NCBI GenBank assembly: GCA_027023025.1 | Contig: JALVXB010000001.1 | Span: 3,645 to 67,644 of the forward strand | Reading direction: 5' to 3' | Length of the DNA stretch: 64,000 nucleotides | Origin: Caldisericaceae bacterium | Lineage (GTDB): Bacteria; Caldisericota; Caldisericia; Caldisericales; Caldisericaceae | Shown: one piece after another, positions 6,717-14,627 of the stretch | Position numbering within the stretch: position 1 is the stretch's first letter | How the letters are laid out: each line of letters opens with the position of its first letter | Notes under the pieces: model-generated | Database searches by the model: none | Seen by the model: only the letters and a program-made list of their open reading frames with translations | What the model was told of the DNA's origin: nothing | Position numbers and translations under genes: made by a program

Positions 6717-7605
6717 TTTCGCCTCCAGTTTCTCCGTTTATTGCATTCATAAATATCTCCTCAAAGGAAAGCGCGCGTTTTTCAAGAATTGTGCACCCGA
6801 GAGATTTAAGGCGCTCCAGCACCTCTTCAGCACCGCTTACGACGCTCAATGCGTAAAGCATCTTTTCTTTATTTAGAAGCTCTGCTCCGGGTACTTTTAC
6901 GGGCGCGTTCTTGCAGGTAAATGTAACGAAAAGTGAGTTTTCTTTCAGGGAGTCTATGTCGCCCTGTAAAACGAGTTTCCCTTTGTTTATCAAAATTGCG
7001 TAGTCTGCAACCTTTTCCACTTCGCTCAAAATGTGGGAAGAGAACAGCACCGTCGTTCCGTGTTCGCTCACGAAGTTAACCAGGAAGGAGAGGAAGCGGT
7101 CTCTAAAAATCGGGTCCAGTCCGTCCGTTGGCTCGTCCAAAATGAGAAGCTCTGGGTTTACGGAAACTGCAAGGTAAAGCGAAAGAAGTTTTTTCATACC
7201 CTTAGAGTACGAAGAGATTTTCCTATTCAAAGGCAAAGAAAATAGCCTCTGCAGTTCTGCAATCGTCCTGGTGTCAAATGCGCGGTAGATGGATGCGTTA
7301 AAGCTGAGGAGTTCTTCGCCGCTCATATACTCGTAAAGAGAAAATTCTTCAGGGACGAAACCGATTTTCTTCCGCACGGAAACTGCGTCGTAGTTGCTCG
7401 TTCCAAACAGCTTTACTGAGCCTTCGTCTTTGAACAAAAGCCCCAGCAAAATTTTTATCGTCGTCGTTTTTCCCGCACCGTTTGGCCCGACGAACCCGCC
7501 GATGTGCCCTTTCTCCAGCACGAACGAAAGGCCGTTCAGCGCTTTTACGCTTTTGTGCCTGTCTTTGTAAGACTTGCTGAGGCGCAAAACTTCTATAGCG
7601 TTCAT
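6700..7605 (-). CDS. ABC transporter ATP-binding protein
   Basis: Walker A is GPNGAGKTTT, the signature is YSKGMKK, and Walker B is LLILDEPTDGLD. Confidence 0.9.
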   Translation of the reverse strand: MNAIEVLRLSKSYKDRHKSVKALNGLSFVLEKGHIGGFVGPNGAGKTTTIKILLGLLFKDEGSVKLFGTSNYDAVSVRKKIGFVPEEFSLYEYMSGEELLSFNASIYRAFDTRTIAELQRLFSLPLNRKISSYSKGMKKLLSLYLAVSVNPELLILDEPTDGLDPIFRDRFLSFLVNFVSEHGTTVLFSSHILSEVEKVADYAILINKGKLVLQGDIDSLKENSLFVTFTCKNAPVKVPGAELLNKEKMLYALSVVSGAEEVLERLKSLGCTILEKRALSFEEIFMNAINGETGGENGRTA

Positions 7606-7925
7606 TTTTCCTCGGAAAGTTTTACTGCGGTGCCGTATGCAAAGAGTTCTGCTGCGCCCTGCATAACTGACGAAGTTGCAAAGCGCACATTAATCACGGC
7701 GTCTGCGCCGAGGCTTTCAGCGCTCTTTATCATACGGGCGATTGCTTCTTCCCGCGCGTCTTTCAAAAGTTCCGTGTACTCTTTGATTTCTCCGCCTGCA
7801 AGGTTTCTCAGCCCTGCAAGGATGTCTTTTCCGATGTTTTTAGCACGCACCACATTGCCCGTTGCAACGCCTAAAACTTTTTCTACCTTTTTGCCGGGCA
7901 CGAAGTCCGTAGTCGTGATAATCAT
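7602..7925 (-). CDS. YbjQ/UPF0145 family protein
   Basis: A 107-aa full-length match to the YbjQ pattern (TTTDFVPGKKVEKVLGVATGNVVRAKNIGKDI...GADAVINVRF). Confidence 0.8.
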   Translation of the reverse strand: MIITTTDFVPGKKVEKVLGVATGNVVRAKNIGKDILAGLRNLAGGEIKEYTELLKDAREEAIARMIKSAESLGADAVINVRFATSSVMQGAAELFAYGTAVKLSEEK

Positions 7926-8287
7926 CTTTTACCACCCCTTTCCTTTATTTTTTTAATAATTTCGTCAATGCTTAGATGTGCGCGTTCTGCTTCTATCAGG
8001 ATTGCGTCTATCAGTTTGTCTATGCGGGAGAGCGAAACTTCGCTTCTTTCCTTTGCAACGAATGTTCCTCTTCCAACAAATGTTTCTATTACGCCTTCTC
8101 TTTCTAATTCTCTGTACGCACGCGCAACGGTGTTCGGATTCACCGAGAGCATCTTAGCAACCTCGCGTACGGTGGGGAGTTTTTCTCCCTTTTCCAGTTC
8201 TCCAAGTGCTATCTGCTCTTTTATTCCTTCCATAATCTGCACATATATCGGAACGCCGCTGTGCACATTTATATATATCTTTAACAT
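7922..8287 (-). CDS. GntR-family transcriptional regulator, YtrA subfamily (short effector domain)
   Basis: wHTH region is PIYVQIMEGIKEQIALGELEKGEKLPTVREVAKMLSVNPNTVARAYRELEREGVIETFVGRGTFV. It is only 121 aa and is the first gene of an ABC operon. Confidence 0.85.
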   Translation of the reverse strand: MLKIYINVHSGVPIYVQIMEGIKEQIALGELEKGEKLPTVREVAKMLSVNPNTVARAYRELEREGVIETFVGRGTFVAKERSEVSLSRIDKLIDAILIEAERAHLSIDEIIKKIKERGGKR

Positions 8288-8324
8288 TGTATTAATACAA
8301 TACTACGATTTGGAAATTTGTCAA
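8286..8324 (-). promoter_or_regulatory. promoter (TTGACA-N17-ATTGTA) overlapped by a perfect 16-bp palindrome ATTGTATTAATACAAT (GntR-type operator candidate)
   Basis: The palindrome is at 8286-8301 and overlaps the ATG (8285-8287). The -35 TTGACA is the reverse complement of 8319-8324. There is no SD sequence between the -10 and the ATG. Confidence 0.55.
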
Positions 8325-8332
8325 GGGGAAGA

Positions 8333-8718
8333 GGGGAAGAGTTTCTGCCTTAATAACGAACTTTTAAGGTTGTCATTCTGAAGGAGCTTGCAAGTGAAGC
8401 ATCTCTGCCTTAAAAACGAAACATTAGGAAAAGTGCAGCCAGCGGCTTTTATCTTTTACCTTCTACCCCAATAGGAAGAAAAATTGGAAAGGAAACTCCG
8501 TGTCCGCTCTAAAGGGATGAGGTCCTTCGCTCGCTTGCGCTTGCTCGAGGACGACGGGGAGGGAGAAATCCTTCGCAAAGACGGCTCAGGACGACGGGAA
8601 GAGTAAGTACTCGTTAGCCCGACATATTGGGAGAAAACACTTCCAGAGTAAAAAAATAATTGAAAAAGGACGACCGCCACCCGTCACTCTGAGCGAAGCG
8701 AAGCATCTCTGCCTTAAC
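8333..8718 (+). repeat. composite repeat (partial A, A variant with insertion, T-rich module, module C, module D, A copy)
   Basis: The A variant is at 8372-8413 (GTCATTCTGAAGGAGCTTGCAAGTGAAGCATCTCTGCCTTAA). Module C is at 8491-8556. Module D is TCCTTCGCAAAGACGGCTCAGGACGAC. An A copy is at 8683-8718. Confidence 0.8.
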
Positions 8719-8844
8719 AACCTTCCCTATAAATCCCTATTCCTGTAGGTTTTCTATTCTTTTTCAAAACTTTTTTAAAAATTCTCGCAAAATTCTTTCA
8801 AAATCGTGAAACTTTTTGTTGAGTTTTCCGTCTAATGTATAGAG
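8719..8844 (+). repeat. family-B repeat module, copy 3
   Basis: AACCTTCCCTATAAATCCCTATTCCTGTAGGTTTTCTATTCTTTTTCAAAACTTTTTTAAAAATTCTCGCAAAATTCTTTCAAAATCGTGAAACTTTTTGTTGAGTTTTCCGTCTAATGTATAGAG. Confidence 0.9.
8808..8832 (+). promoter_or_regulatory. ECF-sigma-type promoter candidate GAAAC-N16-CGTC
   Basis: GAAAC at 8808-8812, a 16-nt spacer, CGTC at 8829-8832. Confidence 0.5.
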
Positions 8845-8960
8845 AGAAGGCACGGCAATCTGTGCTAAAGGCACTATAACGGGTGTAGGTTGTGCAAAGA
8901 AAAGTCCTTGATCTAAAAAAGGCAACGCTGCACCTGAAAAAAGCAAGGAGGTATGCGAAG

Positions 8961-9335
8961 GTGAATTTGAATGCGTATGTTGGAAAAGACAGTTTTAATG
9001 CTTTTACGCCTGATACACCGTCAGGCAGAAGCATTCTTTTAAGGAGCCTGCAGAGTGCACGAGTTGCACCTGTACTTTGGCGAAAGAGTAAGCGCTTTCT
9101 GAGCAAAAAGCAGTGTATCGTTACGCACCACATCCAATATAAACTGCACTGCTTGCAAAAAGAAAACTCTGGCAAAGTTTTTACGCAGGCTCTTTACAAG
9201 AGGGACATACGCACACCTGAAAATGCCGTTATTATTCGTCCACAACGAACTCCGTGCCTTCTCTCGAATCAGGCTTTCGCATATAAAAGCGTTTACAAAA
9301 GTAAAGCCGGCTTCGTCGCACTTTACCTGCAATAA
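8961..9335 (+). CDS. candidate very basic 124-aa protein of unknown function (weak call)
   Basis: AAGGAGG at 8945-8951 lies 9 nt before GTG 8961, in frame with track ORF 8892-9335. It is downstream of the ECF-type promoter. No family was recognised, and overlapping antisense ORFs of similar length exist. Confidence 0.25.
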   Translation: MNLNAYVGKDSFNAFTPDTPSGRSILLRSLQSARVAPVLWRKSKRFLSKKQCIVTHHIQYKLHCLQKENSGKVFTQALYKRDIRTPENAVIIRPQRTPCLLSNQAFAYKSVYKSKAGFVALYLQ

Positions 9336-9460
9336 CGGAAACGATAAGTTTGTGACGGACGGCAGTTAAAAGGCAGTTAAAAGCGTGAGTTGTGGCAACC
9401 ACGCCTGCACGGAATACAATTTTTATTGTAAGTAGTTGGCTGCCAAAAAGCACCCGTGAG

Positions 9461-10222
9461 TTATTCTTCCTCTATGCCTGCTTCCTTTCTAAGCCTTTCA
9501 AGAATTTCTGAAACATTGCCAAAGCGTGCGTTCTTTGCCTCTACCCGTTCAAGGTACTCGATTGCACCCTGCAAGTTGCCAAGTTTTGCAAGAGCAATTC
9601 CTATTCCAAACTGAATGGCAAGCTCGTCCTGCGTAAGTGCGAAACGCAAGGGGTCAAACTCTTTCAGCACATCGATTGACTCTTTGTATCTACCCAGGTC
9701 AAACAGGCAGGAACCAAGCAGACGCACCGTTTTAATGTCCCGTTTCTCCTCGGGAATTTTGCTGAGTATCTCCACAGCCTTTTTTACATTGCCTACATAG
9801 TAATACATCGCACCAACAATCAGGCGAAAGTAAGGCGTATCGAGTTGCGGGATTTTCTTCTCCAGAATTACGGCTGCCTTTTTATAGCTTGCAGGGTTCT
9901 TGCAGCGCCCACCAAAAAGTTTGGAAAGGTTATCCCTGTCCTGATTAAGTTTTGCAGATTCAAACAGAGCCTCTGCACCTTCTTTGCTCTTGCCCCTGTC
10001 CAGGTATGCTTTTGCCCGGGAAAGAAGCCGCGCACCTTTTTGTTCAGGTGAGAAAAGGTAAAGTATGTGGCCCGCAAATGTAACTACGAAAAGTATTATG
10101 CCAAGCTTTCGTTTGTCTGGAATAAGCGTCCCAAACACGGCAAAAATGTATCCTAAAATAATTAGCGTTGACGGAGAAACCGGTAAACTAAAACTTTTTA
10201 ACTTCTCTTTTAAATTTTCCAT
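9461..10222 (-). CDS. membrane-anchored TPR-repeat protein
   Basis: Two N-terminal TM helices (LIILGYIFAVFGTLI, LGIILFVVTFAGHILYLF) are followed by TPR-like helical repeats. RBS GGGAGGGAAG. Confidence 0.6.
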   Translation of the reverse strand: MENLKEKLKSFSLPVSPSTLIILGYIFAVFGTLIPDKRKLGIILFVVTFAGHILYLFSPEQKGARLLSRAKAYLDRGKSKEGAEALFESAKLNQDRDNLSKLFGGRCKNPASYKKAAVILEKKIPQLDTPYFRLIVGAMYYYVGNVKKAVEILSKIPEEKRDIKTVRLLGSCLFDLGRYKESIDVLKEFDPLRFALTQDELAIQFGIGIALAKLGNLQGAIEYLERVEAKNARFGNVSEILERLRKEAGIEEE

Positions 10223-10332
10223 TCTTCCCTCCCGTTTAAAGTTCGTTACTTTTTATTATAGCAAAACGCTCTGCATAAAAAACTTTCCTCGGAAGGTCGT
10301 CTCACCTGCATCCTTACGCTGAGAATTTCGTT

Positions 10333-10360
10333 TTGAAAATTCATTGCAAAATCGTAAAAT
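10333..10360 (+). promoter_or_regulatory. sigma-70-type promoter TTGAAA-N16-TAAAAT
   Basis: TTGAAA at 10333-10338 and TAAAAT at 10355-10360. The -10 ends 7 nt before ATG 10368 and overlaps the longer track start at 10344. Confidence 0.5.
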
Positions 10361-10367
10361 ACTTTTA

Positions 10368-13349
10368 ATGGATAAAAAGGAGATTGTGCTCAGTAAAAAA
10401 CCGCTACTTCCCGTGTACTTCGTGGACAGAGAAGCATTAAGGAGAAAAATCCTCTCTGCCGAACGCTTTGCCTTCATACAGGGAGGTGCTGGTTCTGGAA
10501 AGACGGTCCTTGCAGTTTCAGCCGTGCCCGACGATGCGATATATGTAAAAGTGGAAGAAGGGGCAAACGATACTGCACTGATCAAAACGGCAATTTCGAT
10601 CTCACGAATTCCGTTTTCCATAAGTGGCGCGTCACTTTCGCCTGACGAAAAACTCAGGGTGCTGCTTAAGTACTTCTTACAGAATGTAAAGAAAAGAAAA
10701 CGAAAGTTCTACCTCGTAGTTGACGACTTCCACAACTTAAAAAAGGGAAGCGAATCTTTGAAGTTCGTTAAACTTCTCGTTCAATATATGCCAGAAAATA
10801 TGAGGCTTATAATCATTTCCAGAAAAATGCCGCCCGTATTTATTATCAGGCACGGTGAAAGTGGTGTGATAATAACGGAAAGATCTTTAAGCTTCACTTT
10901 AAACGACACCGTAAAACTTGCAGAAAAAATGGACATAAACAATGCAAAAAACATTGCAGAAAAAGTTTTTGCGCTAACAAAAGGCTGGGCAGTTGGAACG
11001 GCACTTCTGCTCCGCACATACAGGGAAGAAGGCATCCTTAAAAAGGAATACCTGTTCGACTTTTTAATGGAGGAGGTATTCGAAAAACTTAGCCCCGGCG
11101 TACAGGACTTTCTTTTAAAAACAGTCCTCTTTAGTGAAATTTCACTGGACATTCTGCGAAACTATCAAAAGAGGATGCGCAAAGTTCTCGAGCAACTTTA
11201 CAAAAACGGCGTGTTCGTCTCAAAAACGGAAAACGGATTTATTTATCACGACCTGTTCAAAGAGTTCCTCATACGCAAATTGAAAGAAAACGGAACTTAC
11301 GAAAAAACGGTAAAGCGCACTGTCCTTACTTACCTGAAACTTGGCCGCAAGGAAGAAGCACTTGCCCTCTCTGGTGCGATAAACGACGCAAAAAGAATAA
11401 ACGAAATCCTTTCTCAGTTTCAAGAAAGAGAAGTTATTCTGTTTGCAGACACCGTTCTCAACGCAACCGAAAACCTTACGCAGGACACATTGAACGAATT
11501 TCCCAGAATTGCAATTGTGCGGGCGCGGGCGCTCCTCATAAAAAACAAACTGAATAGAGCACTCGCCCTTGCTTCTTCCGTTAAGTCCGACGAGAAAACA
11601 CTTGCAGACGCAGAGTTTTTGCTGCTGCAGATTTTAAACCGCACGGGCAGGTATAAAGAAGCAGTAAAAGAATTTATTCGTAGTAAGCCTCGTATTGACA
11701 AACTGAAAGAGGAAGGTAAGTATAAAGTTTACTACATGGGCTCTGAGGCTCTGTTTTACACGGGCAATTACGAAGAAGCACAGAAACTCGTAAGCGAAGC
11801 GTACAGACACAGAGAAAGCGTCTCTGACCCATTTTTAAAAACGCGTTTTATGAACGCTTACGCCGTGCTGATGTTCCACAACAAAGGAAAGTATAAAGAG
11901 GCAATAAACATTTACAGACAGATCATAGGAATAGCAAGAGAACGGAAAATTATTATTGACCCAATTATATTTACGAACATTGCATACTGTGAAATGGGTA
12001 TAGGGGACTACGAAAGTGCCGAGAAACACATAAAGCTTGCAATGGAGACATGCGAAAAGTTTGGGTGGAGCAAACGATTTACTTCCTCACAAATTGCATA
12101 CGGATACTTCCTTATAGAAAAACGCAACCTTGAAAAGGCGGAGTCGATCTTCAGTACGCTTGAAAAAGAAGAAGACATTTATGTGAAGTCTGCTGCACTT
12201 CTGGGTCTCTCTGAAACGCACAGAAAACAGGGAAAGTTTGACGAGGCCCTGACATACGAAGAAAAAGACTACAAAATATCAAAAGCACTGAAGAACGCGA
12301 TGTTCATTGCACAGTCTCTGATAGAAATCGGGCTAATTTACTGCGGAAAGAAGGAGTACAAAAAAGCAGAAGATGCACTTCGCAAAGCCGTCGAGTTTGC
12401 AAAAAAAGGCGAGAACATTTTTGAAGAGGCACGGGCACGGTTGTTTCTTGCGTGTACACTGTTTAAGAGGAAAAAGCGCTTTAAACGGGCGTTAAAAGAG
12501 GCAGAAAAACTCGTAAAAGAGAACGACTTCTACGGAATTTTGCACACTGAAAGGGAATACCTGGAGCAGTTTTTGAAAAAGGCATCTCCTTCGCTCAGCA
12601 CCCACATCGAAACGATGTTAAAGGAGCCTGTATACATAGAAACGCTCGGTACATTCTCCGTGAAGGTCAGCGGCACAGACGCTACGAAAACGCTTTTCAA
12701 AAGAGGAATGGAAAGAAAAATTTTTCAGTTTCTGCTGGTGAACTTTCCGCACCCCGTAAGTTACGACACTTTGATAGACACATTTTACAGAAGCGCAGAC
12801 TTCAAAAAGGCAAAGCACAACCTTAGCGTAATCGTGTCAAACATAAAAAACGCATTTGCACGCTTCGGCTGCGACATAATCAAGCGTCACGGAAACGGAT
12901 ATGTGCTAAATGTCTCTGCAGAGCAGGTGGACTTTACGGCGTTCGAGAAACTTTCAGAAAAAGGCCTTAAAGAAAAGGACGAAGAATTGCTGAAGAAAGC
13001 AGAGCAGCTGTACAAAGGCGACTTCCTTACGGAGCGCGTTTACGACGACTGGAGCACTGCAAAAAGAGAGATCCTATACACGCAGTACATGAAGGTGCTT
13101 ACAACGCTTTCTGAACTTACAGAAGGTGAGGAAAAGGAAGTTTACCTCACGAAGATTTTGCAAAAGGACAGTGCAAACGAAGAAGCGGCGTACGCACTGA
13201 TGCAGTATTATGTGTCTCAAGGAAAGACTAAAAAAGCACTGGATGTATACGGAAAAGTGAAAGCAGTGCTTAAAGGGGAATACGAGCTTGAGCCAGACGA
13301 AAAACTACAGACACTTTACGGAGAAATTGTAAAGAAAGAAGGCAGGTAA
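10368..13349 (+). CDS. STAND/MalT-like ATPase - TPR - C-terminal SARP (OmpR-type wHTH + BTAD) transcriptional regulator
   Basis: Walker A is GGAGSGKT and Walker B is FYLVVDDFH, followed by a long TPR region. The C-terminus has a wHTH (VYIETLGTFSVKVSG...GNGYVLNV) and a BTAD (LYKGDFLTERVYDDWSTAKREIL...ALMQYYVSQGKTKKALDVYGKVKAVLKGEYELEPDEKLQTLY). The start is uncertain: in-frame options are ATG 10344, ATG 10368 and GTG 10386. Confidence 0.8.
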   Translation: MDKKEIVLSKKPLLPVYFVDREALRRKILSAERFAFIQGGAGSGKTVLAVSAVPDDAIYVKVEEGANDTALIKTAISISRIPFSISGASLSPDEKLRVLLKYFLQNVKKRKRKFYLVVDDFHNLKKGSESLKFVKLLVQYMPENMRLIIISRKMPPVFIIRHGESGVIITERSLSFTLNDTVKLAEKMDINNAKNIAEKVFALTKGWAVGTALLLRTYREEGILKKEYLFDFLMEEVFEKLSPGVQDFLLKTVLFSEISLDILRNYQKRMRKVLEQLYKNGVFVSKTENGFIYHDLFKEFLIRKLKENGTYEKTVKRTVLTYLKLGRKEEALALSGAINDAKRINEILSQFQEREVILFADTVLNATENLTQDTLNEFPRIAIVRARALLIKNKLNRALALASSVKSDEKTLADAEFLLLQILNRTGRYKEAVKEFIRSKPRIDKLKEEGKYKVYYMGSEALFYTGNYEEAQKLVSEAYRHRESVSDPFLKTRFMNAYAVLMFHNKGKYKEAINIYRQIIGIARERKIIIDPIIFTNIAYCEMGIGDYESAEKHIKLAMETCEKFGWSKRFTSSQIAYGYFLIEKRNLEKAESIFSTLEKEEDIYVKSAALLGLSETHRKQGKFDEALTYEEKDYKISKALKNAMFIAQSLIEIGLIYCGKKEYKKAEDALRKAVEFAKKGENIFEEARARLFLACTLFKRKKRFKRALKEAEKLVKENDFYGILHTEREYLEQFLKKASPSLSTHIETMLKEPVYIETLGTFSVKVSGTDATKTLFKRGMERKIFQFLLVNFPHPVSYDTLIDTFYRSADFKKAKHNLSVIVSNIKNAFARFGCDIIKRHGNGYVLNVSAEQVDFTAFEKLSEKGLKEKDEELLKKAEQLYKGDFLTERVYDDWSTAKREILYTQYMKVLTTLSELTEGEEKEVYLTKILQKDSANEEAAYALMQYYVSQGKTKKALDVYGKVKAVLKGEYELEPDEKLQTLYGEIVKKEGR

Positions 13350-13664
13350 AGCATCCATCAAAGGCGAATACTTTTTTATGTCTCCTACTTTGCCTTTTAC
13401 CTTCACTCTGAAGTTTTTATTCCCCCGTTCTATTCTTTTAGTTATTCTGGAGATTTTTTCAATTGCTCTTTACAATCGCTCTGGCATTTTCTGGTACTCT
13501 GGTATTTTTTTCTTGTCCCTATTTTCTTGAGCGCTTCTATCAAACTTTCCATTTTACTTCTGTATTTTATCCAATCGCTTCTACACCTTTCCCGCACAGT
13601 CACATATTTTTTTGTTTCTCTTATTATACTTCGTCATCGAATAGCACAACTAATACTTATGGGA

Positions 13665-13903
13665 TCCTTCTCAAAAACGGCTCAGGACGACGGAGAGGAT
13701 GGTCACTCTTCGCTGCCCTAACGAAAACACATTTTGGCGGGTCATCCTGAACGAAGTGAAGGATCTCTACCTTAACGACCATACTTTTTGAAAAGCGTAA
13801 CTAACGAGTCGCTCTGAGCGAAGCGAAGAGTCTCTGCCTTAACAATCTTTGCTTTGTTTACATTGAAAACTGCATAAAATTTTGAAAAACGGCTCAGTAC
13901 GAC
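13665..13903 (+). repeat. repeat cluster (module D x2, degenerate A, two full family-A copies)
   Basis: Module D is at 13665-13693 (TCCTTCTCAAAAACGGCTCAGGACGACGG) and about 13885-13903. Family-A copies are at 13741-13776 and 13808-13843. The linker CCATACTTTTTGAAAAGCGTAACTAAC matches 1236-1262. Confidence 0.85.
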
Positions 13904-14018
13904 AAAATCACTACAAACAAACCCTGCATTTATCAGTGTTTATTTAAAAATCGCTAATTTAAGGTCCATAGACGCAAATCTTGAGAAAAATCGGGTAATT
14001 ATACCTGCAAAACGCGTT

Positions 14019-14073
14019 AAACGGCCTTATTTTAGGGCAAACGAAAATTGCAATAAAGCCTGTGTTTATCAGC
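14019..14073 (+). repeat. family-E repeat (AACGGCCTTATTTT..AAAATTGCAATAAAGCCTGTRTTTAT)
   Basis: A second copy lies at 56144-56207 on the same strand. A partial related motif CCTGCATTTATCAGTGTTT occurs at about 13923-13942. Confidence 0.7.
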
Positions 14074-14627
14074 ATTTCTCAAAAATTGCTCTGAAATTTT
14101 CAATTTGAATAAAATTAGCAAAAATAGAAACCCGCATAAATAAAGGTTTTTTAAAGGGTCGAAAGTGGGCAAAATCCAGCCGAAAAGCGAAAAATTGTTC
14201 GCATAAGGTAGAAAAACCAGCGAAGCAAGCAATTATAATGGCTAACGGCATTTTACATGCCTCTACATTACTGCACTATCCGGGACAATAGCAGATGCGT
14301 CCTTAATAACGCATTAGAACAATTACGATCTCACCAGGTATGCCACTGCAAGATACGAAATAAAAAATTAACTCACTCCGTAAAAACTTCTCTCTCCACC
14401 TTTTAAAGAAATTTCAGAACATTGCTGTAAAATACTCACACCACTTTGGTGTTCTTAACTGTAAAACTTTTTACGCTAAAGTGTAACTGCAATTTATAGC
14501 CAGGCACAAATCCAATTAACCGATACAATCTCGCTTTCAACGCGTCCAATAAAGAACGGTATTAATAACGGAAGATGCCTTACCTCCTTGGCAAAACACA
14601 GGTCGTCGATCGTATCCTCCACAGAGT

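Noticed and set aside
10281-10301. AAC...CGTCTC resembling an ECF promoter in the spacer upstream of the STAND-SARP gene
   Set aside because: The spacer between AAC and CGTC is 14 nt, not the 16 nt seen in all five repeat-borne copies. There is no GRAAC context and no TAATGTATAG tail.
13463-13750. 95-aa and 64-aa ORFs in the gene desert
   Set aside because: They are products of the pyrimidine-rich tract (Phe/Ser/Leu/Tyr-rich) and run into repeat modules. They have no RBS.
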